Of a DNA stretch of 64,000 nucleotides, positions 40,991 to 54,312 are shown in pieces. This DNA is from Spizellomyces punctatus DAOM BR117 (taxonomy: Eukaryota). Below the pieces are notes generated by a model, which was not told where the DNA came from, ran no database searches, and saw only the letters and a list, made by a program, of their open reading frames with translations. The first letter of the stretch is position 1, and every line of letters begins with the position of its first letter. A program made the translations under genes and the position numbers. Location of the stretch: the NCBI GenBank assembly GCA_000182565.2, contig KQ257455.1. The stretch is one strand, 5' to 3'.

Positions 40991-43380
40991 CTACCAATCC
41001 ATCTTTGGCTTTTGCTCGACAAACGGTTTGACAACCTTTCCACGGTACCCCACACCATCCAACCACGGCCACTCTCGGCTTCTCTTGCCTTCAAATACCT
41101 TGATGAGAGCATCCTTTTGCATCGTGAGGCCAATGTCATCCAACCCATTTATCAAGCAGTGCTTTGGGAATTCTTCAACCTTGAAGGGAATCTCTTCACC
41201 ATTTTCACGTCGAATGACTTGGGCAGGTAGATCAATTTCCAAGTGTTTCCCTTCTTGTGCATCAGCCATCAGAATAGACACAGTGGCTGCAGGAAGAGGA
41301 ATAGGCAGCATGCCATTCTTGAAGCAATTGTTAAAAAAGATGTCGGCAAACGATGGGGCAATAATACACCGGATTCCAAAGTCTTGCAGAGCCCAAGGAG
41401 CGTGCTCACGACTAGACCCACAACCAAAGTTCTCTCCAGCAACCAGAATGGACGCTTGTGTGTAGGGTGGCGTGTTGAGGACAAAAGTCGGGAGGGGAGT
41501 GTTGGTGGCAGTGTCATATCGGAGTTCGTAAAACAAGGATTTTCCGAGACCGGTACGTTTGATCGTCTTTAGGAACTGCTTAGGAATGATCATGTCCGTA
41601 TCAACGTTAGACATGGGCAGAGGCGCTGCGATGCCCTTCAACACGGTAAACTTGGGCATTCCGCCCGCGGACCCCGTAATAGGTGCAGTAACTGTCGTCG
41701 TGTCACTTGTCTCTACCAATTCTTGCGTGGCTGGCGTCAAAATATCCGTGCCCAAAAATTCCTTAGAGTCGCGAACCGTCACAGTAATGTTTAGCTGGCT
41801 AGCGGGGGCGGATCCGTTCAACAACTCCCTCACATCCGCCAGGTGTCCTGTAACCGCGGCTGCAGCGGCCATGGCCGGACTTACAAGGTGGGTACGGCCC
41901 TTAGGTCCCTGCCGTCCCTCAAAGTTCCGATTTGAGGTTGATGCACAGCGCTCCAAAGGCTTGAGCTGATCGGGGTTCATTCCTAGACACATGGAGCAAC
42001 CGGCCTCGCGCCAATCAAAACCGGCTTCGATAAAGACCTTATCCAAGCCTTCCGCTTCAGCCTGTTGCTTGACAAGCCCGGAACCAGGAACGACCATAGC
42101 GTGGACATTCGGGGCGACCTTGCGTCCGTAAGCGATACGCGCAGCGGACCGCAGATCCTCAATTCGTGAGTTTGTGCAAGAGCCAATGAAAACCTTGTCA
42201 ACGGGGATGTCGGTCATCTTCGTGTTGGGTTCCAGGCCCATGTAAGCCAACGCCCTCTCCATAGCCGCCCGTTTTCCAGCGTCTTCAACCTTTGAGGGGT
42301 CCGGCACATTTCCAGTAATGGCCACCACATCTTGCGGACTCGTCCCCCAAGTCACAGTGGGAATAATTTCTTGTCCGTTGATCTCGACCTCAATATCGTA
42401 TTTTGCTCCAGGATCCGATCGTAGAGATCGCCAGTATGCGACTGCAGCGTCCCATTCTTCACCGGCTTTTGGAGCAAGAGGACGTCCTTTTAGGTATTCA
42501 AACGTGATTTCGTCTGGGGCAATCATTCCAGCTCGTGCACCAGCCTCAATGGCCATATTACAGATGGACATGCGCGCTTCCATGGACATGGATTCCAGTG
42601 CCGACCCGCAAAACTCAATAACATGTCCTGTACCACCAGCCGTACCAATGACACCAATAATGTGCAAAATAACATCTTTTGAGTTGACTCCTTCAGGCAC
42701 TTCACCATTGACCCGAATTCGCATGTTCTTTGACTTTTTTTGAAGAATAGTTTGTGTAGCAAGAACGTGTTCCACCTCGGATGTACCAATACCAAAGGCA
42801 AGAGCACCGAAAGCTCCATGGGTCGAAGTGTGCGAATCGCCACAGACGAGGGTAGTTCCTGGCAGAGTGAATCCCTGCTCAGGACCGATAACATGAACAA
42901 TACCCTGGCGTTTGTCACTCAAGCCAAAGTATGTAACACCAAATTCGGCGACATTTTCTTCCAAAGTTTGACACTGAGTGCGGGATTCAATCTCATCAAC
43001 AAATGTGGCAATGGATTTGAAATTCTACAGAGACGCAAGTTTAACAACCACTCATCAGACTACCAAGTTATGCACAAAAGCATACCTTACGATTCCCAGT
43101 CGTAGGAATATTGTGATCGACGGTCGCCAGAGTCAAGTCACCTCTTCGCACCTTCCTTCCAGCATTCCTCAAACCCTCAAAGGCCTGAGGAGAAGTGACC
43201 TCGTGCACAAGGTGACGGTCAATATATATCAAACAAGTTCCATCCGGCATTTGTTCGACAACATGATCGTCCCATATTTTGTCGTAGAGCGTACGTGGAG
43301 TAGGTGCCTAGTTTATGAGCATTAACCATAAGCAACAGGAGAGGATGAAGAGTGCATGCTTCACGTACCGAAATAGTCAT
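40991..43380 (-). CDS. LEU1: 3-isopropylmalate dehydratase (fused LeuC-LeuD)
   Basis: [80 protein letters not shown]. Confidence 0.97.
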
Positions 43381-43890
43381 AATGGGCAAGATTGTGGTAA
43401 AGAGTCTAGGCGGAGGGTATTGGTCGGCCTATACAGAGGCAGCAGATGAAAAGTGCAGATCACAAGGTCTCGCCGTCTTTTATGGAACATTTCGGCAATT
43501 TGAAATCTGGACACGTGATCGATCAAGATCTTATCAGTGATTCATATGTGGCGCAGCGTATGGTGAGTCGTCAGCGGAGTTTTGTCTTTCGCAGGATTCA
43601 TCTGAAATCGTTTGCTTCTTATGGCTTTGTTGTCGCCTGGAGCATGTGCGCAAAATAAATAGTCACCAGGAAAACGACATTAAGAGATAAAGCAACAGGC
43701 TGGGTTTCGAAATTGCAATGCGCAATACAAAATCTTTTGTGAAACGGATTGGAAACAGCGCATAAACCAAAAGATTGTACTATTATCTTGACTAAAAGAG
43801 TATCTTCCTCACCCCCGAGTTTTCCAGCTACCAAGCAATATATACAGTTAAGCAGAAAAAACATACCCCACCGAAAACAGTCCTAATGGG

Positions 43891-45491
43891 TCACTTCTAA
43901 AGATAACAGTGAGTTGTAGTATACTCCCTCACATTGGGATTCACCGTATAGCTCACCTTTGAATGGTCACCTCCGCACTCTGGACAATACCATTTGCCCT
44001 TGGGAGGGGCCGATAGTCCAACGCAAGCGTAATGGAACCATTCGATAGGGCACTAGAGCAAGAGAGCAAGGGATATTGTTGGGTGAAGAGAAGAAACGTG
44101 TTTAAGGAGCAGTGAAACACTTACGTCGTCATTATCGCACTAATTACCATAGTGAAAGGAGGAAGCGTTATGCTACATCAAATAGACAGGTATCAAGCTC
44201 CAGAATACTCTTACCGCTAAAAAAGATGAAAACATGGTTAAACCCGCGTTGACAGTCTCCAGAGCAAAGCAATGCAACCTTACCAATCATGTCTCCAAAT
44301 GATACTTGGTTACATATGCAATACGTAGGCTCATTTGGATCAATCGGCATATCAAGCACATTTGTCTTGTCCTTTGTTTGCTTTATTTCGCTGCTGCTAC
44401 AGTTGAAATTTCATCTCTCGTCAAAATAAAGGACATTTGCATGATGAACGCACCCTTTCCTCTCCTTTTTTGCATGATGTTGGGTAACTCTTCGGGTCGA
44501 GCTCGTAGCGGTCTTTATGGTTTGAGTCCTCTTGGGAGTTTCCAATGCATCCCTCGCCTTCTCACGTTCATCAATTGTTTTGTTCTTTTTATACTCTAAA
44601 TGCAGTTGAAAAATGATGAGAGAAGACGGCCGACAAATATAAGTCTTCTTTAGCTTACTCTTTGGAGTTTCCATAGAAGATGCTGCAAAGTAAATGGGGT
44701 TTGTCAATACGGCTTACACCCAGACGCAAAACCAGGGACCAAGGCTTCACCTTCTGCCCTTTTCTCGCCTCGGCCAGCCAAAGCGCTCTTGTCAAGTCTT
44801 CCTTTCATTGATTCTGATCCATACGTGTTTGAACTTCTTATAAGACCAGGTCCTGTCATTTGCTCCTCCTCAAACTTGTTTAAATCATCGTCCAGTCTTC
44901 TAATATGTCGATCCACCTTCGTCCGGAAACAACGTAAGCGCAGGGTTCCATGTTGCGCAAAAACCTGAAGCAATCACTGCCCACCATGTCATACGTCTGA
45001 ACCGCCAGAGCAACCTTATCTTCCCCATGCTTCAACGTGTCCTTGAACGACTTTGCTATATTTTGCAGCAGCGCAACTCGCTCCTCTGGCGTCAATGTTC
45101 GCAAGTCTTCCATAAACTTTGAAGTCTGTTCCTCAATATTCGATACAGCATCTTGAGCCCTTGCATCCAGTTCCCGCATCTGGATTCATTCAACAATAAG
45201 TTGAGTAATCAATCCGGGCTCGCAGCACAGCGAACGCCATACTGACCAAAGTAAAGTTCCGTGCGAGTTCCCCTGGCAGTGATTCTATAGCTAGAGTCGT
45301 CGCGAGATTTAGATGCTTTGCACTAGATCTAGAGCATGACAGATTCAATATTGGTCCATGTACATACTGTCCAGATAATCCTAGATCACAAGAAATCGGG
45401 ACAGCACCAAGTCAATGAACGCTGCACGCACAGATTTAGCACAAAAGAGCTGCATTATGAGGGAACGGACCTCTAGATGCAACAAAGCCAT
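43891..45491 (-). CDS. ING-family PHD finger chromatin protein (Yng2/Pho23-like), with micro-exons
   Basis: [79 protein letters not shown]...KWYCPEC. Confidence 0.93.
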
Positions 45492-45973
45492 TATGAATGG
45501 TGAAGTGGTGTGAAATCTGTTGTCACTGCGACGAAATCCAATTGCATTCGCACACGAACGAATTGGAAAAGCGTTTCGCGCCTCATCTGGGTCGTCTTCG
45601 CCAATTCAATTCAGTCTCATGGAATGGCATAGTCACTCAAATGTAGTGTTTGTGGCAACGTCATCATCAAGTGGCACAGTTTGGACTGCGAACGTAGAGG
45701 ACCGACCAAATATCCTCCAGTCATCAATAAAGTCTTGTAGCAATTAACGTAGATTCATTTATTAAAATGGCCATAATTTGAGAACGATTATGGCATTAGC
45801 CTCCTGTAAAAGTAGCTGTGCAAACCACTACACTGCGCAGAAACCAATGCCCATAACGGTGTCCTACGTACGTACGATAAGATAGGATACTTTTCTTATT
45901 CAAAAGTCAGTTGGCATTGTGCTCGGTGCAAGAGCACCAAAGCCCCGATGCGACTAGTCAACAGAAGGTGCAT

Positions 45974-46028
45974 CTCGAACATCTCTTTCGCCTTGAGCAC
46001 ACCTCGAACATCTCTTTCGCCTTGAGCA
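45974..46028. repeat. Direct tandem duplication of 26 bp (period 29)
   Basis: ctcgaacatctctttcgccttgagca at 45974 and 46003. Confidence 0.9.
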
Positions 46029-46990
46029 ATGTGTGCAAACACACTAGGATTTGGCCACTTTTTGCGGGTTCTTGGGGCATCCAACCTATTCTTGTCCATG
46101 TGCAATCAACATCCATCCAAGCCCCGCGCGTCCCGTGTAGATTCGGACATTCTTTCACGAGTCAGATCCTTACAGTCACTTTATACGCGCATCTCATGTA
46201 TAAACGATCATCATTACTCACTGACCACTTGACACAAACTGCGAGTAGACTGCGAAAACGACTAACTCCCAACCTATGGGCAAACCTACTTTCCAAAGCC
46301 AAATGCTGCGACGTACCCATCAACCTACTTGCAATCTCCATTGCCAAGATCTCTTCACGTCCAAACAAGCGCATCCAAATGCCTACGAAACTAAGCCTCA
46401 TCATGCAAACTCCACTATTTTTGGTAACACGTCATTGCCCGATTTGGGCAAATCAAATCAAATCAGATCGCCTTCACGTGCGTGTTACCTTTGCGCTTCT
46501 TGCACGCGAGCAAGCCCCTTTTTCGTGGAGGTGAAAGGCAAAGTCACTATGACGTGTAAGGGAAACAACTTTCCCCACAGATAAGGTCACGTGAACCTTA
46601 TCTATCAAGGTTACCGCCATCTCGGATGATGTGGATCCATTCCCGAGTATTCGGATGCAACTATTTGTCATTATGGCCACTCCCTCATCAGATTTTCCCA
46701 AAGGTGCGGGGCCTTTCTGTTTTTTTCTCTTCCAGACGCAAAAAGAAAGAAAACCTCCTCGGGGCTGTCTTTCCCACGCTGGCCTTTTCTCCCACGCTCG
46801 CCATTTTCCCATCGCTCATTCATCATCGTCGTCGTCGTCGAATTCCATCTCTGCCATTTGCACCAGCCCTTGCCAACGACAACCGCAACCCCACTGTAAG
46901 TTGAGAGATTGCGAGAAGGTGATCTGCAAAGACAAAAGACTCACCGGACCATTTGCAGAACGTATAAGACAAAACTTGAGTTACTGGCTC

Positions 46991-48894
46991 ATGCTCCTGA
47001 ATTCTCATCACAAGAGCCCCAGCATCACAAAACACATTGATTGTTATCTGGCAAACGACAACATCTCGCCGCCCCACTCTCCCGTACCAACAGTTTATTC
47101 GACGCGTGACATTGAGCTTTTAAACTACACATCGCTTGATTTTATTCGTCCGGAGGTTCCTAGGGACCCACCGGTTTGCAAATCTGCCAAGCTGCGTCAA
47201 AAGTACTTGTTGGCGCAACAGTCACCGGCTGCGCCGGCGGCTTCTGAAGGGGAGGGATTCAAGTTTGGCGGGGCAGGTTCCTCGTCAAGTGCTCAAGGTG
47301 GCATCTATGCGCATAAAAACCCATCCACATCCAGCCTTTCCGCGGGCCTCGCCGCTGCTGCGGCTGCACATCGCTCAGATTCGCCAAGACCACAACAGCA
47401 ACCACAGCAATCACAGCAATCACAGCAGAGGATTGGGGTAGGAGCGGTTGGGATGGGCACGCCCGTGATGGACATGCGGGGTTTGGCCAGAGGGCAAACG
47501 CCTCCACCTCGCGCCAACAATGGATCTCCCTGCTCCGCAAACCGAACAACTCGACCACCACCCGTAGACACTTTTTGCCCAACCACGGGCGAGAATAGGC
47601 CTGCATCTCCATCCATTCCCGTTAACATTCCTTCAACTGGCAACTTTTCTCATGGCGATTATGCGCGTTTCCCGGCAAGCCCGCCAAGCGAAAGCTCGTC
47701 AACGGCGTCATCACCTGGCGCTGTCGGACCGGAGGGCTCACGCACATGGACACATGGACGACAGAAGGACAAGGTTGGCATGCACAGACCCCGACACAGT
47801 CTCTCCGTTAGTATTGTTCGCAGGCGAACAAGCTCAGGGGCAAGTTCCCCCGTGACAAGCGGGTCGTACTCATCGCTAACGCAGTCCCCAGCAGTGTCTT
47901 TTCTGGCTTCGCTGGCCGACATGTCTGCCCCAAAAGGCCCAGGTAAGCATTAATTGGGATCTTTCTTGTTTTCAAACACACGCTTATCATATTTTTGTTC
48001 TTTACTATTGCAGTGCATGGGATGTACTCGGAAGGTGATCAGGTCGGCGACTTCCTTCTGGGAAGAGAGATTGGATCTGGTGCATTCGCTCGCGTTTTTG
48101 AGGCCGACGTAATTGACGGACCCCACAAACAGTTGGGAAAAGTTGCCGTAAAAGTAGTGAAAAAAGACCAACCTCGAATGGAAGATGGTCAAGATGTGCA
48201 GCAACACATTGACCATGAGACAACTATTTGGGCGCGTCTCCGCCACCCTCACGTCCTGGAAATGCTGGAATTGATGGATGCCGACGACGCAGTATTTGTT
48301 GTGTGTGAACTTGCAACCGATGGCAACTTGCTTGACCTGATCGTGAAAGAAGGTCGTCTATCGGAAGCCCATGCCCGCAACCTGTTCAGGCAGATTGCTG
48401 ATGCAATTCGATACTTGCACGAGGAGATACAGGTGGTGCATCGCGACATCAAGTGCGAAAATATCTTGCTGGACTCTCAAGGAAACGCAAAACTTGCCGA
48501 TTTTGGATTGTCTGTCGAATTAGCGCCGCCGTCGCCGGAGGCGTCTCACAATGGGGCATCTCCAAATGACCCTGTCTTTTGTCATGGTTCGCTGCACTAT
48601 TGTGCCCCAGAAGAGCTACGACAAACCACGCACAGCAACCCTGCCTCGGATTTGTGGTCTTTAGGATGTGTCTTGTATGCGATGCTCACAGGAGCTTTAC
48701 CCTTCAACGATGGGTTTCCTCCTCGATTGCAGGCCATGATCATCAATGGTCGATACGATGCAGAAAAATTGGACCGAGCGGGAGTCTCAAAGGAAGCCAA
48801 GGACCTGATTGCGGGCATGTTGAAGACAAAGATTGAGGAGCGATTCACGATGCGCGAGATTTGGAACCATCCTTGGATCCTGTGCCAAGATTGA
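46991..48894 (+). CDS. CAMK-group Ser/Thr kinase (Nnk1-like) with disordered N-terminus, 2 exons, start uncertain
   Basis: PAVSFLASLA...EGDQVGDFLLGREIGSGAFARV, VAVK, HRDIKCEN, LADFG, GSLHYCAPE. Intron at 47942-48013. The frame is open from 46631. Confidence 0.85.
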
Positions 48895-49263
48895 AAGTGG
48901 CCTGGCTGGCTACACCTGTACAGTTTTGGAACGTTACAATTTTGATTAGCATTTTTATTCCAGTTTTGTTTATTGTATTATAGTCCTTTTTTTATGTTGC
49001 ATGAAGTGCGTATTTACTGCATGGTTGTGCAATACTATATCACATTATCATTATTCCTTGTGCGTTTATTCTGCTGTCGTTTATGTCGTCTTTTGAGCAT
49101 TTTCAGTGCGTCATGCGGATGATTCTCCCAAAGTAGGAATGGTTTTAACACTTTTACGTTGTACACTTATCGTCTAGGAGGATGAATATTCAACTCGTGC
49201 AGTTTTTACAAACCCCACAACTCTCTACGCTCCATATCTTTTGAATGGGGATGCGACGTGCCC

Positions 49264-52068
49264 TTATGCTATGGCCCTAAATCAATGCAAAGACACATTA
49301 ACCACAAGCCCTCGACAAGCCCAAAATCCCAAACACACGAGAAACCGCACCATTTGACCACCGCTTCAGGACAGCCCTCATACCGCTTCACACCCATCTC
49401 AATTTGCGCCGCTCCAACAACTAATCTCACCATCCGGTACTCTTTGGGACACCGCGCTCCAATACCTTCCACTCGCTTGACAAATTCCAACGCCAAGAGA
49501 TGCTCAAAAGCCTGCTCCCAAAAAGGTCAATACGTGACTGATCCATCTCCTTTCTCAATAGACCATACCTTGAGCGCAACAGGTTTCACAAAATACAAGC
49601 TATTCCCTCCCCGTCCCAGCGCACTAACACGTTGCACAAATTCCCGATACTCGTCATACACCATCTCGAAATTAAATGTGTCCACTTGACGAGATTCTTG
49701 GTGTCGCATCGCGATGAGGAGACAGAGTTCGAGAACTGACAGTCCTACAGTGATGGCGTTGTTAGTTTATCTTTTAGTGATGTGAAAAAACAAGAGGTTT
49801 CTTGTCGTCGCAAACCTTTAATCACTTCCGTCTTGTGATCAAGACGTTGGGAGGCGGCTGCTGAAAGGATATCTTCTGGTTGTAGAAAAGGGGAGGTGGA
49901 CGAAAGGCGGTAGATGGGGGCGTACTGCAACAGCGAAACATGTATCTGTGAGATTGACGGGTTTTCGTGGAGATCCGGAAGAAGCCAAAAACGTACAAAT
50001 AATCTCATTGCGCTTCTCACGTCCTTGCTCAGCTCGAACGTATCTCTGAGGATATTCACCATATCGGGGTGCTTTAGAATATCCTGCAAACGGCTCATCA
50101 GTCTCAATATAGGAGACATAATACATGAGTTATATATACCTGTACACGCCTGTTGAACAGCGCAACAAACTCTTTATTGCCAACTCCATCATCAGGAGCA
50201 ATGGATAAAGCCGTCTGCACAATCGCCGTAAAGTCTGTCAAGGCGTCGGGAGGGTAAAAGAAGATGTGTCGATGCGAGAATCGTGATTTCACTCGCTTCT
50301 CCAGGAGGTCCATGAAATCCTATCATAAGAGTAGCAAAAGGAAAGAACAATAGTTGTTCAGGATAAATCAGGCCAAGTGACAATAACACAACATACTCAC
50401 TATCCGACATGTAACACCAACAACTGCAACAGGATTTTGACTACTCTGCGCAATATCAAACAGGTTATACAGTAATGCTTGTCTGGGGTGTTGAGCAAAT
50501 AGGTCGATATCCTCTAATATGAACACCACTGGTGTACTCTGCATCGATCCGGCACGGAGTGTCGAGAGTACAAAGGAGAGGCACTCGGCAAAGGAGCCCT
50601 ATTAAACCAACCGTGATGAATTAGAAACACGCTACTTAGCAGAAAAGGAAACAAACGCGCTTACAGTATGCCCCTCCATGTCCTGTTCCATATGCAATTG
50701 CCGAACAATCTCTCGAAGAGCTAATCGATCGTCCGTCTGCACGAGGCCGTTCAAGCGGATCTCAAAGAACGCTTTCGTTGCCAGTGTACGGGATGGAGTG
50801 GGTGTACCAGACGATGCACCGTGCTTGTCCTGGAGTTCTTTCAGTACTTTATTGACTACCTACTTGTAATATCCAGAATTGAGTGTGCGGTCCATCATGT
50901 CATTTCAGGGAATACAAAAACTTACCACTGTTTTTCCCGTGCCGCGATTTCCAACTAAAAGAACTGAATTGCTCTCGCTCTCCCGGACTGTACGCTCCAA
51001 CAAGCCATAAAGTTTGCTAACGTCCCAGATATAAAGTTAACATGTCAAGCTTTTGATGGTGGGTTCAGTAAGCAAACCAAGTACTCACTTGTATTGTTCT
51101 TGAAGCCCAATCAGATGGGTCGGTCCATGCCGCTCATTTATCCGTCCCAGTATACGTTTTTGTGCATTATTTATTTCTTCCGGAGATACAGCAATGGTCG
51201 GTAAAGGGACGGAAAGAGGATCTGGCACCTGCGACCGCTGCTCGATGCAATGTGTGTCCTTTGAAGGAGTGGTCCGCTTTGCCATTCGTCCCTTTCGTTT
51301 ATTTGGAGGGGTCACAGAGTCTACGACGATGACCTCCTCCTGTGTTTCAATTTGGCTGCCTGACGTATCGTCCACCACCGTTGGATGCTTTGGAGGTCTT
51401 CCTCTTTTTCGTCGCGGGGTGTCCACCACGATTTCTAGTGTTCCACCCTTTGCTGCTCGTTTGGACGGTGTTGCGATCCGATCCTCGCTATCTACAGGCT
51501 CCCACGGTTTCTTTTCCTTTAACGAACCAGTCTTCATTCTTGTAACATATCTGCTAGGAGTGACGGTTGAATTGAGCTCTGGTGTTCGTATCTTGTTGGC
51601 ACGGTCTGATAATGGGGTATCATCATCGGTCTCCTCCAGGATATCGGTGCATTGGGCAGTTTTCGACTTTTTGCTCGGAGTTTTGGGTACAGTCCCAACG
51701 GGTGATTTGGATATCCTCTGTGAAGCAGGTGTATTATCATCGGTTTTGTCCTGGACGTTTTCCTTCTCGTCTTTGTCTGTCTTTGGTCGCTTAGTCCGCG
51801 TGGGTGTGTCTTGCACATTGTTTTCTGTTGACTGTAGGCTGGATCGGGGTTTTCGCTTCCCGCTAGTAGAACCGCCTCGTGCGTCTCTTTCTGACGGACT
51901 CTTTAGCGGTGTGATGGCTTTTCGCTTGCGGGATGATTGGCTGTCAGCTTCAGCGGGAAAGGCAAAAGGGTCGGTGCTGGATTCACGGCCAAAGAATTTC
52001 TGCACGGCAGCTCGATTTTTGGTCGTAGACTTTGGGATTCTGGTGCTGTACGGTGAGCCGTCAACCAT
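49264..52068 (-). CDS. ORC4: Origin recognition complex subunit 4 with long basic N-terminal extension
   Basis: [63 protein letters not shown]. Confidence 0.92.
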
Positions 52069-52251
52069 CTTTTTTTATTATTGCTGGATACAGCACAATA
52101 GCTGTCAGAGTAGATCCGTACTGCCAGAAACCAGAGGACGCTGAGCGAATCGCCCGAAGTGTCCGGCCCATCGGACTCGCTCACACTGAAATGTGGTGTG
52201 TCATCCCAAACCAAAGAGCTTCTCCTTCATTGCACGCAATCCGCAACAACA

Positions 52252-53215
52252 ATGCTTCGCTTCCGCCCACGTATTGGCATTTTGCCTTCGAGAGTCTTTG
52301 TTAGGGCCTCGCTTACTCGACCTTTTGCAGTGAGTGTTTTCGCAACATTATTTATGCTTTCAACCAATGTGGTATTCATTGGACTTGTGCGCGGGCATCA
52401 AACGCAATTTTATCAAAGACTCAAGCGCCTACTCCTGCATCCGGTGACAAAGCCACCGTTGAGCCAGCCGTTACACCCGACCGCACTGCATTTCCTGCCA
52501 CCAGTGCATTTGAGAATGAGCTTTCCCGTGGCCCTCAAGCGGCCTTCATGAACGACCCAGAGTACGAAGACTTGACAAGGTCGCACAAGGGTTTGTCCTT
52601 TGAGCCTTTCCCGCCTGAGATTTCCGAAATTCTGCTAGCACCTATAAAAGAGGCGGATATCGAAATTACACCAGGTGGGTGGCCATTTGAGGCAGTGAAA
52701 TCCGACCGTTTGATATCAATCGTTCTGATACCGGTTCTCGATACAACAACTTTACAGATGGTCTTTTATACCTTCCTGAAATCAAATATCGCCGTATTCT
52801 TAACCGCGCATTTGGCCCCGGAGGTTGGGGACTCATTCCCCGCGGCCCGCATACAGTGACCAACAAGACAATCTCGAGAGAGTACGCCTTGTTTTGCCTC
52901 GGCCGATTTGTTGCACAAGCACGCGGGGAACAAGACTACTTTAGCGATGACAAACTACCGACCTGTGCGGAGGGAGCAAAGTCCAATGCTCTCATGCGTT
53001 GCTGCAAAGATTTAGGGATCGCTTCGGAATTGTGGGACCCTATCTTTATCGAACAATTCAAGGCAAGCCATTGTGTGCAACTTCCCACTGTGAGCGGATA
53101 CAGCAACACTCGCAAGCTTTTGTGGAGGAGGAAGGACCGGAAGTTTGGCCCAGGCGTCAGGGAGGACACTGGCAGCTCTAGTAATTCCGGAGGAAATGCT
53201 TATAGAAAAAATTGA
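52252..53215 (+). CDS. MGM101: Mitochondrial genome maintenance protein Mgm101
   Basis: [68 protein letters not shown]. Confidence 0.95.
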
Positions 53216-53772
53216 AAGATCTTTAGTGAAGATCTATAAAAAATTTGTATTGCTGCTTTAGCTGGTTGCTTGCGATATCATTGTGTGCATAGTTAACATA
53301 GTCGGATATAAGTGATTTGATCTTTGTAGCGTTGAGACATGACAGGATGGCGACTGAAGGGCGCTCACAGTGACAGGCTTTAAAGCGTTACGGACCCATC
53401 ATGCTTCCTCTGGTAAAGTCCAAAAACAAGGGCGCTACGAAGAGATATTTGCTCCAAATTTGAGGAATTATAATTGTAATATAAGGAAATAGGATACAAT
53501 GCACTGTCCACTCACTGCCAGTTTCGGGCACTTCCTTCGAAGCAATCCTACATTGAACGACGACAACAACAACAACGCAACGACAAGAACCAATTCCCTC
53601 GACAGGCCGTCCGTCGCCGGTACGTACACATGCCCCCCACAACCTTCAATCTCCACACAATTTCCAACCCTCTAACCCAGAAATATCATCGATAACTTTG
53701 GCAGCGAGGAATAAATTCCAGACACGTTAAAAAAAGTCAATCCATTTTCGCGCCCCAGTAGTCGCCATATAT

Positions 53773-54312
53773 CTAAGCGCTAGCATAAAACTTTTTCAAG
53801 TAGTCTTCCGCTTCGCGATATTCTTCCTTGGTTTGCGCCAGCAGTGCGCCAATTCGCTTTAGGGCCTCGTCCTCAGAGATACTCCCTGAACCGTGCTCAT
53901 CTTTGAGGTTTCCATAGTGTTGTATTTTCTCGCAAGATGCCTTTACTTTGGTGAGACCCAGAGCTGCCGAGCTACCTTTGAGAAAGTGCCCAAGACGAGA
54001 TAGAGAGGGTAGGTCTTTTGCTCCCCTGAATCAGAAACAATGGAGTCAGATTACTAATGATCGGGATGAGGGTCAGGATGAGAAAAGTTGACGAAACCCA
54101 CAATGAATTATCCATGCTGGCAAAGGTGGTTTCAGCTTGCTCGAAATAGTTGAGAACAATGTCTCTACTGAAGCTCCTTTCCTCATCATCTTCGTCCATC
54201 TATCAAGTCACCTTTTAAAAAACGGACGATCCACAAGCGGTACCCCTTCCCACCCTCATACCTCCAACAGCTGGTCGAAGATGCTGTGGTCTACAATATC
54301 GTCGGATGCCAT
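53773..54312 (-). CDS. YPD1: Histidine phosphotransfer (HPt) protein Ypd1
   Basis: FDQLLEMDEDDEERSFS...YFEQAETTF, LSRLGHFLKGSSAALGLTKVKASCEKIQHYG. Confidence 0.95.

Noticed and set aside
45974-46028. Direct repeat as a CRISPR array or transposon end
   Set aside because: Only two copies separated by 3 bp, no cas or transposase gene, and a eukaryotic context.
51194-52144. 316-aa plus-strand ORF
   Set aside because: It is the antisense shadow of the low-complexity ORC4 exon 1, with no recognisable motifs.
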